The position numbers were made by a program, and so were the translations under genes. From Savitreella phatthalungensis (Eukaryota): a stretch of 64,000 bases of DNA. Shown in pieces: positions 28,113-38,405 of the stretch. The stretch covers positions 1-64,000 of the forward strand of contig AP039690.1 of NCBI GenBank assembly GCA_051599415.1, given 5' to 3'. Each line of letters begins with the position of its first letter. The first letter of the stretch is position 1. The notes under the pieces were generated by a model that saw only the letters and a list, made by a program, of their open reading frames with translations, did no database searches and was not told where the DNA came from.

Positions 28113-29189
28113 ATGCTCAAGGGTGTGCTCAAGGTGTCATCGAGGGAATTGCGGCTTGACACGACTCTAAAGTGTGGGCAGTCATTCCGTTGGATACGCT
28201 TTGAGGATGCAGAAGGACCTGGTTACAGATGTGCACTACGGGGAAGGGTGATTTCTCTTCGCCAGTCCGAAGACACTATCAGGTGGAGCCAGGAGGTGGG
28301 CATCGGTGACGACACGGAGGATCTCTTGCGAGACTACCTGAATCTTCAAGTCGATCTTCACTCCCTCTACAAAGAATGGTCTGCACGCGATGCACATTTC
28401 TCCAAAGTGTCAGAATCGTTTCTCGGCGTGCGCATGCTCCGGCAAGATCCGCTGGAAAACTTGCTGTGCTTCATCTGTTCGAGTAATAACAACATCGCCC
28501 GGATAACGCTGATGGTCAGCACGCTTTGTTCGCGCTATGGAACATTCCTAGGCGACGTTGCTGGTCATAGCTATCATGACTTCCCATCTCTCGAGCAATT
28601 ATCGACCGTCGATACGAGCACTCTAGATCGGGAGCTCCGTGAACACGGATTTGGCTATCGTGCCAAGTACATCGCAGGCACCGTCGAGTTGCTCGCTTCC
28701 CTTTCACCGGACTATCTGCAGGGCCTGCGGAACGAATCGTTCGAGGTGGCTCGGCTCGCGCTGCAAAGGTTTGCCGGGGTCGGCCCAAAAGTGGCGGACT
28801 GCGTTTGTTTGATGTCGCTTGACAAGCATGTCGCTGTCCCGGTTGACACACACGTCCAGCAGATTGCCGAGCGAGATTATCGCTGGCGTGCGAAGAAGCG
28901 AGATGTTGTCGATGCAGTAGAAATCTCACAGGACAAGATTGACCTGCTTGGCCTCCCTCCAAAATCAAAGGCTAGCCCAGCATATGAATCTTGCTCGCGA
29001 TTCTTTCGTGACAAGTGGGGGGACTATGCCGGCTGGGCGCACTCTGTCCTCTTCACTGCGGATCTTAGAGCTTTCCGAGATGTGAAGCGCGAAGAGGACG
29101 AACCGCCACTTACGACTCCCATGACACACGAAATCATCGACGAATCCCCGACAAAGCGAAGACGGACGACTGTAAAACTCGAAGCTTGA
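28113..29189 (+). CDS. OGG1: 8-oxoguanine DNA glycosylase/AP lyase
   Basis: TLKCGQSFRW, FICSSNNNIARI, GFGYRAKY, HhH GVGPKVADCVCLMSL, PVDTH and YAGWAHSVLF. Confidence 0.95.
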   Translation: MLKGVLKVSSRELRLDTTLKCGQSFRWIRFEDAEGPGYRCALRGRVISLRQSEDTIRWSQEVGIGDDTEDLLRDYLNLQVDLHSLYKEWSARDAHFSKVSESFLGVRMLRQDPLENLLCFICSSNNNIARITLMVSTLCSRYGTFLGDVAGHSYHDFPSLEQLSTVDTSTLDRELREHGFGYRAKYIAGTVELLASLSPDYLQGLRNESFEVARLALQRFAGVGPKVADCVCLMSLDKHVAVPVDTHVQQIAERDYRWRAKKRDVVDAVEISQDKIDLLGLPPKSKASPAYESCSRFFRDKWGDYAGWAHSVLFTADLRAFRDVKREEDEPPLTTPMTHEIIDESPTKRRRTTVKLEA

Positions 29190-29216
29190 ACTACTACCTA
29201 CATGAGTGAATAATAC

Positions 29217-31442
29217 CTATGGAGCATTTTGCAGTGGCTGGGCGGTTGGGATGGCAGGCGCGAGCCCGGAATGGGTGCCGACAGTCGGTGCCGCTAGATG
29301 GACCTGTTGCGGAACTGCAGCCGGGTTGGCAATCTGCTGCGGTGCTGCAAAAGTCTGTCCGCTGATCTTGCCACCGTGTGGGACAAGGTCGAGCGACGGT
29401 ACCATGTAGACGTATCCCTTCGTACGTCCCTCACGATCGGTCGAGTCAATCTCAATGTTGATGCTCACTTTCAGAGGACTTGCATCACACCCGATCTTCT
29501 CTTCGCGAGACATCGCTGTCGGTGTTGTCTCATACGTGGTGCCGCTCGGCAATACGTCGATCGAGCACCAATTGCGTCGGGGCAGTAAGGCTGGGTTATT
29601 CAGCTTCTTGCCATCCACGTCGTGGACGAACAAAGGAACTTGATGTTCGTCGCAGTCGTCGTCGAGATGATGGATCTTGTTACGCTTGCTGAGAATGTTG
29701 GACACAGCTTCTGCTGGAGGAGCATTGACGATAGCAGAAGATATGATGTTTGCGATGTAGCGATGGTCCCTAGGTCGGCTGATATTCAAACTCTCGCGCG
29801 AATAGAATTCGCCGATGCTGCCAAGATGAACGTCGCCGCCAAGCAATGACACGCGCACGGAGTGCTTCTGTGCAAAGTCCTGCAGGCGGTGAATGAAGTC
29901 ATTCCGCTCCTTCTTGTGATGCTTGGCGGTCCAGTGGTCATTGAGGTCATCGAGAATCTCGATACCTTCGTCGAACTTCTGTGTCATGCCGGGCAGCACG
30001 CCGGTTTTGCCGAGAATCTTGAGCGGTGACATTGCCTTGGAAGTGAGAAGCTCTTCCAGCCAGACGAGACGCGGGTATGCAATCGGCACGCCAAGCAGAA
30101 TGATCAGGTGCTCGGTCTGGCCGACGACGACCTGGCGATGGAGCCTGTCGAATACCTTGTTGTACGTCTCGTCAGTCACGATCTTCTCCTTCGTTCGTTC
30201 TGCCCGGTTGTCAAAGCCAAGGAAGAGTGTCTTGGGACCAAAGTTGCAGACGACGTTTCGGGCATATTCACGGATGTATGGCCCAGGTTGAACGCCGAGA
30301 CACCAGGCCGGATTCGCGTTCTCTGGCTCTGACAGGGGCGATTGGTGCTGGAACAGCATGTAGAATTTGAAGGCACAGTTTCCAAGGCCAGAGAAGACCG
30401 GAGAGCGCATGAAATGGTCTGGGTATGAGCCGAAGCCGTCGATGATGTCGTGGTCGTCACAGATATTCAGCATCGGAATACTGCGGTTGGCACGGCCGAA
30501 CTGACCTTGTCGGAACCACCAGCAGTAGTGCTCGAAATAAAAGGATTCGAGCTCGTGTCGCATGTCGTCTGTGAATGGCTTTGCAGTCTTGTGTTCGATG
30601 ACCGACATGTTAAGCCATTGTTGGAAGAGTGCGCAGCGCTTGGAGATGAGGTCGCAATAGATTTGGTCGCCACCGCCGAGCATGACGTGGAAGGGCTTGC
30701 TCTTGTGCTCGCGCAGCACGTCGCGCCAGAGCGGGTCAGGCCCGCAGAATTTTGTCTGGTCAATGCTGAGGGAGAAGCCGTTGCAGCTGTGGAACATCAG
30801 ACGCATATCCTGGTTGGCACCGGGCACAACGAACTCGACTGGCTCTGAGTTGTTGATTGTGTAGGTGATTGTCTGTTCCTGCTGCTGAAGCGGAATATCG
30901 AGCGACCAGCGCCAGAATGAAGCGCCGAATTGTGTGTGAATCACCTCTCCAGCCACCTCTCCTCCGCTTGAGAGCTTGAGCGTGGGCCTTTGGCTGTAGT
31001 CGCTCTCGGCGTCTATGGCGACGGCCATCACACTACCAAGCCAGCGAGATCGCTCCTGGATGTCGATGAAGCGCAGCAGTGGACCACACTTGAGCGAAAG
31101 CACTGGATTGACGCCCTTCAGCAAGGCATCACGCTGGCGCTGATTATCTCCGACCGACAAATGCTCCATGCCCTGAATCAGGCCATTCTCGTCTGGCGCT
31201 TGCGGTGGCTGAGTCATGCCGGTCTTCTGATATCTTGGGTCCATGAGAGGATCTTCAGTGACCATCGCGGTCGTCAGAAACATATCGTCAGCAGCCAGGG
31301 GGACGTTAATGGATGCGTGCACGGGGTCATGAGCGTGGTGGAGTGGATGATGATACGCCTTTGCCTGCTCCTGATCTTGTGCAATCGCCTCATTCTTATC
31401 GCCATGCGACTTTGACAGCTTTGCCTTGAGTTTGTCGAACAT
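29217..31442 (-). CDS. PhoD-like metallophosphatase-domain protein (YGR266W-like fungal family)
   Basis: FHSCNGFS, GGGDQIYCD, DDHDIIDGFGSYP, LDDLNDHW, GGDVHL and ISSAIVN motifs. Confidence 0.85.
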   Translation of the reverse strand: MFDKLKAKLSKSHGDKNEAIAQDQEQAKAYHHPLHHAHDPVHASINVPLAADDMFLTTAMVTEDPLMDPRYQKTGMTQPPQAPDENGLIQGMEHLSVGDNQRQRDALLKGVNPVLSLKCGPLLRFIDIQERSRWLGSVMAVAIDAESDYSQRPTLKLSSGGEVAGEVIHTQFGASFWRWSLDIPLQQQEQTITYTINNSEPVEFVVPGANQDMRLMFHSCNGFSLSIDQTKFCGPDPLWRDVLREHKSKPFHVMLGGGDQIYCDLISKRCALFQQWLNMSVIEHKTAKPFTDDMRHELESFYFEHYCWWFRQGQFGRANRSIPMLNICDDHDIIDGFGSYPDHFMRSPVFSGLGNCAFKFYMLFQHQSPLSEPENANPAWCLGVQPGPYIREYARNVVCNFGPKTLFLGFDNRAERTKEKIVTDETYNKVFDRLHRQVVVGQTEHLIILLGVPIAYPRLVWLEELLTSKAMSPLKILGKTGVLPGMTQKFDEGIEILDDLNDHWTAKHHKKERNDFIHRLQDFAQKHSVRVSLLGGDVHLGSIGEFYSRESLNISRPRDHRYIANIISSAIVNAPPAEAVSNILSKRNKIHHLDDDCDEHQVPLFVHDVDGKKLNNPALLPRRNWCSIDVLPSGTTYETTPTAMSREEKIGCDASPLKVSINIEIDSTDREGRTKGYVYMVPSLDLVPHGGKISGQTFAAPQQIANPAAVPQQVHLAAPTVGTHSGLAPAIPTAQPLQNAP

Positions 31443-33228
31443 GATTCAGCGGCTGATTGATGCTGTCCCTCTGTCCTTTTGGGCTGATATGCGCAAACAA
31501 GCTTTGGATGTGGTTGCCAAGGAGGTCAGTGCACGACGATCAACGGATTGTTTGATAGTGGGAAGTTGTCAGTGAGCGTCGCTGATGGGAGTGAATGCAA
31601 TGATGGTGAGTATGCATGCGACAAAGAGAACTTATTCTGCAAACCTGCCTAATTCAAAGACCACAGAGACGACGCATACCTTGATGTGACTAAAGAGGGG
31701 CTATGATTTAGTAGAAATTGGGTCAGTGGGAATAGGGGATCTTGAGTTTGACTAGAATCAACTTGATTTTGCCTGATAGGCTAAGCCCCACTCAGATTCC
31801 ATTGTGTTTTTGTCTTTTTTCTCTCTTTCCTTGAGACGCGCCTGGGATGGATAAGGTTTCGGGAATTTTAGTGGTATGCTTACACAGCTGATATCGACGT
31901 CATCTAATGCAAGAACCGGGTCTGTGGGATGGCTGACTTGCACGTGCTCGGGTCGATATATGGCTCGAAAATTTGATCGAGCACGGGCCTGCATCAAACG
32001 GCAATTGAGAACTTGAGTCGCATCGTGCACGCCGCCACACTATAGCACTGCTAGCCACAACTGTGTTCTAGATAGTGAACCTATTCAGGGGCCATGAATA
32101 GATCATTTTCAAGAATCCAGACGATTGACAAAGGGAATCCAATGGGCTTTGAAAGCATTAAATTACACGGCCCTGAGCTGCAAATCCGACCGCGAAAGAT
32201 CAGCACTGCCACGCATTCTGAAAGTCCGAGAGTTGCAAGATATGACGCATATCTGAAAGTGGTCACTGGCTCTGTCTGTGCTGAACGATTCATGCCAAGA
32301 ATTCGTGACAGGTGTAGTGTATGGCTCAGTCTCCTTCATCAGATTTGATCAAGTCGATGTAAGCTGAGTCATAGACAGCGTGCAATGTCTGACTTTGGCA
32401 ACGTGAGCCGACGATCTCTATCTACTGGTGCATCCCAGACAAAATTGCAAGCGCCACTTCAGCATGGTGAAATGTGAAAGGTCATATTTTCATAATCAAG
32501 ACTGACGCAGAGCCCTAATTGCGACTCGATTAAACCCTAGGCTCTAGTCAAGGACCTGGCACTTCAGAGTTCTCGAATAGCTGCCAAATCACCTAATGCA
32601 CATGAATGAGGGGATCGACCGACAGCCAGATTAGGGTCACCTAATGCCCTGGCGCATTCTAATCCTTTGGCCATTGGACGCCATTGGGATGAGCCATGGC
32701 ACAACGTGAAATCCCTCTATTCATTGCGGCTCACAAGAACTTCACCCTCCACTGTTCATTCCTGTCAATGACGGGAAAACCGCCAAGCGAGAAAGAAGAC
32801 AAAACACATTCAGCCACGTCTCGATCTTCCCGCGACTTGGGATACCTTCAAGTTGGGAGTCATAGAATGCTTGGCCAGTACCAAGTATCTAGTAGAAATG
32901 TCCCCGCCTTCCAACACGCCGTCATCCGAAGTCAGCGTTGAACCTAGACGACACGCGCAGCAAGCGCAGCATGTGTTGTGCGTGACCATGAAACCGTAGC
33001 ATCCGTCTCGACCTTCTAGGTGGAAAGTATAAGTACGATTGATCGACCACACACCATTGATCGACCGTTCGAGCACCTCCGTCGATCCTCCGCAACCGTC
33101 GGACCGCATCGCCCAATCGCTTTCCAGATGCCCTGTGCACATCACTAAAGCCGATCTATCCGATTGACACTTCAATCTCGCTATATAGGAAGCTTGACTA
33201 CACAATTTCATCAACCTTGGTGTATCCC

Positions 33229-34335
33229 ATGTCGCCATCACTAGGTGCACGGCGACCGAATGCACCACAGCATCTGAGCTTCTACAGCAACTTTCAGAGC
33301 GTAGCTGCCCGGCCTAATTCGCCCATCGCGCTGGAGTCCGCCGCTCTAGATCCTCCTGACTACAGCGACGCGCTCGCCGTCGACACAAATCCAGACGTCA
33401 TCACAACCTCGGTCGAATTGACATCGGACGACGAAGAAGAGGATGAAGATTTCGAAGCACGGCATCCGGGACTCGTGCGCTCCGTTGACCAGACCCCTCG
33501 CGCGACATATCCTGCTGATCGGAAACTGTTGCGACCGAGACGATCGAGTATCAGTAAGGACGCGGTCCGTTCACCTCGCAAACTGATTGGCGACCTCATT
33601 CAAAAGACTGCAGTGACGTTGTCAGTCCGTCCGACTTCGCCGGAATTCTCTCGCGACAGCAGCATCTGCAGTCAGGGAGCAACCCCACAGTTCATTCTGA
33701 CTCGACGACCAAGTCTGCCAAGCTCCGGCTTTCCGGAAGAGCTGCCAGCATCGGTCCAGCTTGGAATCGACATGGACGAGCACGAATATGCATGCCGGAT
33801 CGGTGATCTGAACGAGCTGCTGGAACGAGGAGAAGTGCGCGCTGCTCGTAAAGCAGTGCACCGTGTCTTTGACGGAAAGATTGAGCTTGTTCGTTTCAAC
33901 TCTGCTGCAATGCACGGTGCAACACGCGCCAACATGGACCACAATGACGATATCGAATGCACGAGCGTCGACGAGTGCGCATCTGATGTCAGCTCACAGT
34001 CGCACAGGATCGAGCGCGGACATAAACGATCGACCATTACATACGTCCATGACGATGATGATGCAGACATCGATGAGGACTCTGGGCCGGCAAACGAGTT
34101 TGACGTTGCTTCGCTCGCTTCGTCACTGACACGCAGCTTGCGGAAATGGAATCCAGCTCGTCGTTTCTCTGCCATCTCGCAGACAAATTCGCTGAACACG
34201 CCGTTATCTGTACCCCTCGACGACGAGATTGAATTCGCTGGGTACGTGCCGCATGAGGTTTCGTACGCAACAGCAACAGCGACGGCCGATCGAAGCCGTC
34301 TACCGCATGAGGCATGGTGCCTACTCTTCCATTGA
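33229..34335 (+). CDS. Hypothetical Ser/Asp-rich, largely disordered protein
   Basis: ORF of ~368 codons from the first ATG at 33229, with coding-like composition; no recognised domain. Confidence 0.7.
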   Translation: MSPSLGARRPNAPQHLSFYSNFQSVAARPNSPIALESAALDPPDYSDALAVDTNPDVITTSVELTSDDEEEDEDFEARHPGLVRSVDQTPRATYPADRKLLRPRRSSISKDAVRSPRKLIGDLIQKTAVTLSVRPTSPEFSRDSSICSQGATPQFILTRRPSLPSSGFPEELPASVQLGIDMDEHEYACRIGDLNELLERGEVRAARKAVHRVFDGKIELVRFNSAAMHGATRANMDHNDDIECTSVDECASDVSSQSHRIERGHKRSTITYVHDDDDADIDEDSGPANEFDVASLASSLTRSLRKWNPARRFSAISQTNSLNTPLSVPLDDEIEFAGYVPHEVSYATATATADRSRLPHEAWCLLFH

Positions 34336-34532
34336 ACACAACAGTATATAGGTTCCACTTGGAACGATTTCTATCTACATACGAGACGACGAACGATTAT
34401 GCAATGAATGAATGAACATCAGTACGACAATTGATTGATCGATGACTGGTTAGTGCGATTGAGTATATATGATAAGAACGTCTCGCATCTCCATGCTACG
34501 CTGCGCTGCGCTGCGCTGCTCTGCTCTGCTCC

Positions 34533-36110
34533 TCACCGCGAGACAACCAAGTCGTCCACCTTGAGAATCATCTTGACCGTCTCGGCAGCGAGCTCGAGCG
34601 CAGAGGTCGAGACGAGCAACGGCTGAACGACGTTCTCCTCGAGGATGTCGGTGACGATACCCTTGCGGACGTTGATGCCTGCAGTCTTCTCGCCTCGTTC
34701 GTGGCGCGAGCGGAGATCTGTGACGACGCGGATGGCATTCAGACCTGCGTTCTCTGCAAGCGTGGTCGGGATGACCTCGAGAGCGTCTGCGAATGCTTGG
34801 AAACATAATTGCTGCTTGCCCGCGAGCGTGAGCGCGTATGCCTGCAGCCGCCTCGACACCTCGATCTCAGGAGCCCCGCCGCCAGGCAAGACGGCACGTC
34901 GCTTGACAAGGCATCGGATCACGCAGAGCGCGTCGTGGAGTGATCGGTCGGATTCTTCTAGCACTAGATTGTTGGCCCCGCGGCAGAGAATCGAGACGGT
35001 CTTGCCGCTGTGCTTGATGCCGGTGACTTTGACCACGCGCGAGCCCGCGGACGAGACCTCGTCCACCAGATCTGCTGAACCTAGCTTGTCCTCTGTGAAT
35101 GAGTCGATGTCTGCGATCGGCTTGCAGCCTAGAGTCTTGCAGATGAACGGCACTTCATCACGCTCAATCTCCTTGATCGCCATGATTTTCAGCTTTGCGA
35201 GGAAGTGAAGGGACAGGTCATTGACGGCGTCTCTCAAAATACTCTTCTGGATCAGGAGGACGTTTGCACCGCTCTTCTTGATCTTCTTGCACATATTGAG
35301 TAGGTATTGCCGCTCTTCCTTCAGAATCTTGTCCATCTGGCGGTAGTCGTTGACGACAATCTGTGACTCGAGATCAGGCTTCGGTGGCGATAGCTGGAAT
35401 TGGCACACTGCGATGCGTGCCTTCTCGATCCGCGTGGGTCCATTTGCAGATTTGATTGCGTTCTGTGCAAGCACTAGTCCCTCGACCAGCTCCGTGTCGT
35501 CGATCGTTCCGCCAACCTTCTTGACGATCCGGATGTCTTTCAGGTCGACGTTGTTGTCGTTCGTGCCGGCCAGCCGGAGAACAGCATCGACGGCGATCGG
35601 CGCGAGGAGGGACGAGTACTGTGAGACAATTTTCGAGCTCAGAGACGTGGTTGCTGCCCTGAGCAGACTCTGCCGGTCGTCCAGCTTGAGCGGCACGCTG
35701 ATTTCCTCCAGAATTTCGACAGCCTTCGCCGCACACTCGCGGAACGTTTCTGCAATGATGGTTGGATGAATGCCTCGGGCAAGTAATTTTTCTGCAGCGT
35801 TGAGCAAAGCTCCAGCGATGATTACCACAGAGGTCGTGCCATCTCCGGCCTCGACATCCTGAGCGGCAGACAAATCGACGAGCATTTTGGCGGCAGGATG
35901 CATGACTGACAGATGCTTCAGGATCGTAGCTCCGTCATTTGTCAGGATCACCTCGCCAGTACCAGTTTGGATCATCTTGTCCATACCCTTTGGGCCGAGA
36001 GAGGTACGAACGGCCTCAGACACTGCACATGCAGCAAGAATATTCGCGCGCCGGACCTCTTGAGGCTTCTCCTTGTCTTTGAAGGTGGCATCCGCCTGAT
36101 GGACTGCCAT
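34533..36110 (-). CDS. CCT4: Chaperonin CCT/TRiC subunit delta
   Basis: [41 protein letters not shown] and [16 protein letters not shown] at 36110. Confidence 0.95.
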   Translation of the reverse strand: MAVHQADATFKDKEKPQEVRRANILAACAVSEAVRTSLGPKGMDKMIQTGTGEVILTNDGATILKHLSVMHPAAKMLVDLSAAQDVEAGDGTTSVVIIAGALLNAAEKLLARGIHPTIIAETFRECAAKAVEILEEISVPLKLDDRQSLLRAATTSLSSKIVSQYSSLLAPIAVDAVLRLAGTNDNNVDLKDIRIVKKVGGTIDDTELVEGLVLAQNAIKSANGPTRIEKARIAVCQFQLSPPKPDLESQIVVNDYRQMDKILKEERQYLLNMCKKIKKSGANVLLIQKSILRDAVNDLSLHFLAKLKIMAIKEIERDEVPFICKTLGCKPIADIDSFTEDKLGSADLVDEVSSAGSRVVKVTGIKHSGKTVSILCRGANNLVLEESDRSLHDALCVIRCLVKRRAVLPGGGAPEIEVSRRLQAYALTLAGKQQLCFQAFADALEVIPTTLAENAGLNAIRVVTDLRSRHERGEKTAGINVRKGIVTDILEENVVQPLLVSTSALELAAETVKMILKVDDLVVSR

Positions 36111-36634
36111 AATGAGTGCAAGCAAGTGAGTGTCGTCACGGCTCTATGTCAGGGCTTATAACTTTTTGTCTGCATCTACGCGTTCGTGTGAGTGCGCGCG
36201 CGGGCTCATCCACTGTAATTTGCAGGGTTTGTATGGATGCAGTACACGTGAAAAGTTTGCCTGAAGAAACCGAGTCCTCACAGCACATACACGGCTGTTC
36301 GTGAAGATAGGCGGCATATAACAAAGTTTTATGCTTGTTCAATAATAATAATCTGGCACGAAAAACGTGATGCTGGATCTATGACAATGAATCAAAAGAT
36401 CACAGTATATTATTAACTTGAAGATGCTCAATAAATTGTGGAATATTTTGAGTTGCAATTGTAATTCCAGTTTGGCAGCCAGGATTGTAACGATTTCAGT
36501 GAATGCACGAGATCGAGAATATAGCGCACGTGCGTTTATATGACGAACGGGGACGCGCAAGCCTATTAGACAGCGCTCTGTGATCGTCACAACACACCTC
36601 TCTACACACACTCGCTCCCTATCACTCGATAGCT

Positions 36635-37954
36635 ATGCCGCCAAAGGCAGATTGGGAGTCACATCGGAATTATGGTCAGGACAGAGTGGACGGCAAAGAA
36701 GACAAGGAGATTATCCCACTAGATGAGGAAGACGTCGCGCTATTGAAGACCTATGGCAGCGGTCCATACCAGAAACAAATCCGTGCGATCGAGGAGAGTC
36801 TGAAAGAGGTGCAGAAGCGAATCACAGACAAGGTTGGAGTAAAAGAGAGCGATACAGGATTGGCACAGCCTTCACTATGGGATCTGCCTGCGGACAAGCA
36901 GCGGATGGGCGAAGAGCATCCTCTACAGGTCGCACGGTGCACGAAGATCATGCAGAATGACGAAGACCCAGACAAGAACAAGTACGTGATCAACGTCAAG
37001 CAGATCGCCAAGTTTGTGGTCAACCTCGGAGATCGCGTCTCCCCCACAGATATCGAAGAGGGCATGCGAGTTGGCGTAGACCGACAGAAATACTCGATTC
37101 AGCTGCCCTTACCTCCGAAGATCGACCCTTCTGTGACGATGATGACGGTGGAGGACAAACCCGATGTAACATATGCGGACGTCGGCGGCTGTAAGGAGCA
37201 GATCGAGAAGCTGCGCGAGGTTGTAGAGCTTCCACTCCTATCACCTGAACGCTTTGCAAATCTAGGTATCGATCCGCCAAAGGGTATCTTGCTGTACGGT
37301 CCACCTGGCACAGGAAAGACGCTGTGTGCAAGAGCAGTCGCGAATCGTACAGACGCGACCTTCATCCGCGTCATCGGTTCAGAGCTGGTGCAGAAATACG
37401 TGGGTGAGGGCGCTCGTATGGTCCGTGAGCTGTTCGAGATGGCACGCACAAAGAAAGCGTGCATCATCTTCTTTGATGAGGTGGATGCGATTGGCGGTGC
37501 CCGGTTTGACGACGGCGCAGGTGGTGACAACGAGGTGCAGCGGACAATGTTGGAGCTCATCACACAGCTTGACGGCTTCGACGCTCGTGGCAACATCAAA
37601 GTCATTTTTGCGACAAACAGACCAAACACGCTAGACCCTGCGCTCCTCAGACCTGGACGTATTGACCGCAAGGTCGAATTTGCTCTTCCCGAGAACGATG
37701 GGCGCGCGAATATTCTTCGAATTCATGCGAAAAGCATGTCATGCGAGCGTGATATTCGCTGGGACCTGATTGCTCGGCTGTGTCCCAACTCCACAGGCGC
37801 TGAGCTTCGATCAGTCACGACAGAGGCGGGCATGTTTGCCATCCGGGCTCGTCGGAAGATGGCCTCGGAGAAGGATTTCCTCGACGCCGTGGCCAAGGTG
37901 ATCAAGGGAAACCAGAAGTTCTCTTCCACAGGCGAGTACATGCTCTTCAACTAG
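36635..37954 (+). CDS. RPT1: 26S proteasome AAA ATPase subunit Rpt1
   Basis: [37 protein letters not shown] and [15 protein letters not shown]. Confidence 0.96.
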   Translation: MPPKADWESHRNYGQDRVDGKEDKEIIPLDEEDVALLKTYGSGPYQKQIRAIEESLKEVQKRITDKVGVKESDTGLAQPSLWDLPADKQRMGEEHPLQVARCTKIMQNDEDPDKNKYVINVKQIAKFVVNLGDRVSPTDIEEGMRVGVDRQKYSIQLPLPPKIDPSVTMMTVEDKPDVTYADVGGCKEQIEKLREVVELPLLSPERFANLGIDPPKGILLYGPPGTGKTLCARAVANRTDATFIRVIGSELVQKYVGEGARMVRELFEMARTKKACIIFFDEVDAIGGARFDDGAGGDNEVQRTMLELITQLDGFDARGNIKVIFATNRPNTLDPALLRPGRIDRKVEFALPENDGRANILRIHAKSMSCERDIRWDLIARLCPNSTGAELRSVTTEAGMFAIRARRKMASEKDFLDAVAKVIKGNQKFSSTGEYMLFN

Positions 37955-38159
37955 GTAGTAGATGTGATGAATCCATGGCATGACGATGAGTGACGACGGA
38001 TGAGTGAAGAGCGACGGATGAGAAGCGACGAGTGACGAGCGATGAGCGAGAGGTGTCACTGTCACAGATCTGTCAATCCAGTCGCAGCAAGAACCTCGCA
38101 GCACGATGTTCGATAAGTGCACCAGGATCATATTCTCACACTCTCGGAAAAATCAGTCC

Positions 38160-38276
38160 GTCCTCGTGGCGCAATTGGTTAGCGCGTCAGTCTCATATTT
38201 TCCTATGAGGACTGTGTCATGAAATTAAACACGTCCAGCAATCTGAAGGATGCGAGTTCGAGCCTCGCCGAGGGCA
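38160..38276 (+). tRNA. Elongator tRNA-Met(CAT) with a 43-nt intron (38198-38240)
   Basis: Acceptor GTCCTCG/CGAGGGC, TCAGT-CTCATA^A-TCTGA anticodon arm with the U31-U39 pair typical of elongator Met, T-arm GCGAG-TTCGAGC-CTCGC, T7 terminator. Confidence 0.92.
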
Positions 38277-38405
38277 GATTTTTTTCTGGTTTTTTTTTTT
38301 GCCTTAGCTTTTCAATCTTCGGTCTCGTTCACTATTTGTTCTGGACGCCACTCTACTCTGACTGGTATCGATCGATGAGACTTGCTAGCATCTTTGGTTG
38401 GCTGT

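Noticed and set aside
37975..38050. GATGAG/GACGA-rich degenerate repeat after RPT1, considered as a C/D snoRNA or repeat array
   Set aside because: No properly placed CTGA D box or terminal stem, and no regular repeat-spacer organisation; low-complexity 3' UTR.
15983..38276. Functional clustering of SEN34 with three intron-containing tRNA genes
   Set aside because: Intron-containing tRNAs are common and dispersed in fungi, and the spacing is not tight enough to exceed chance.
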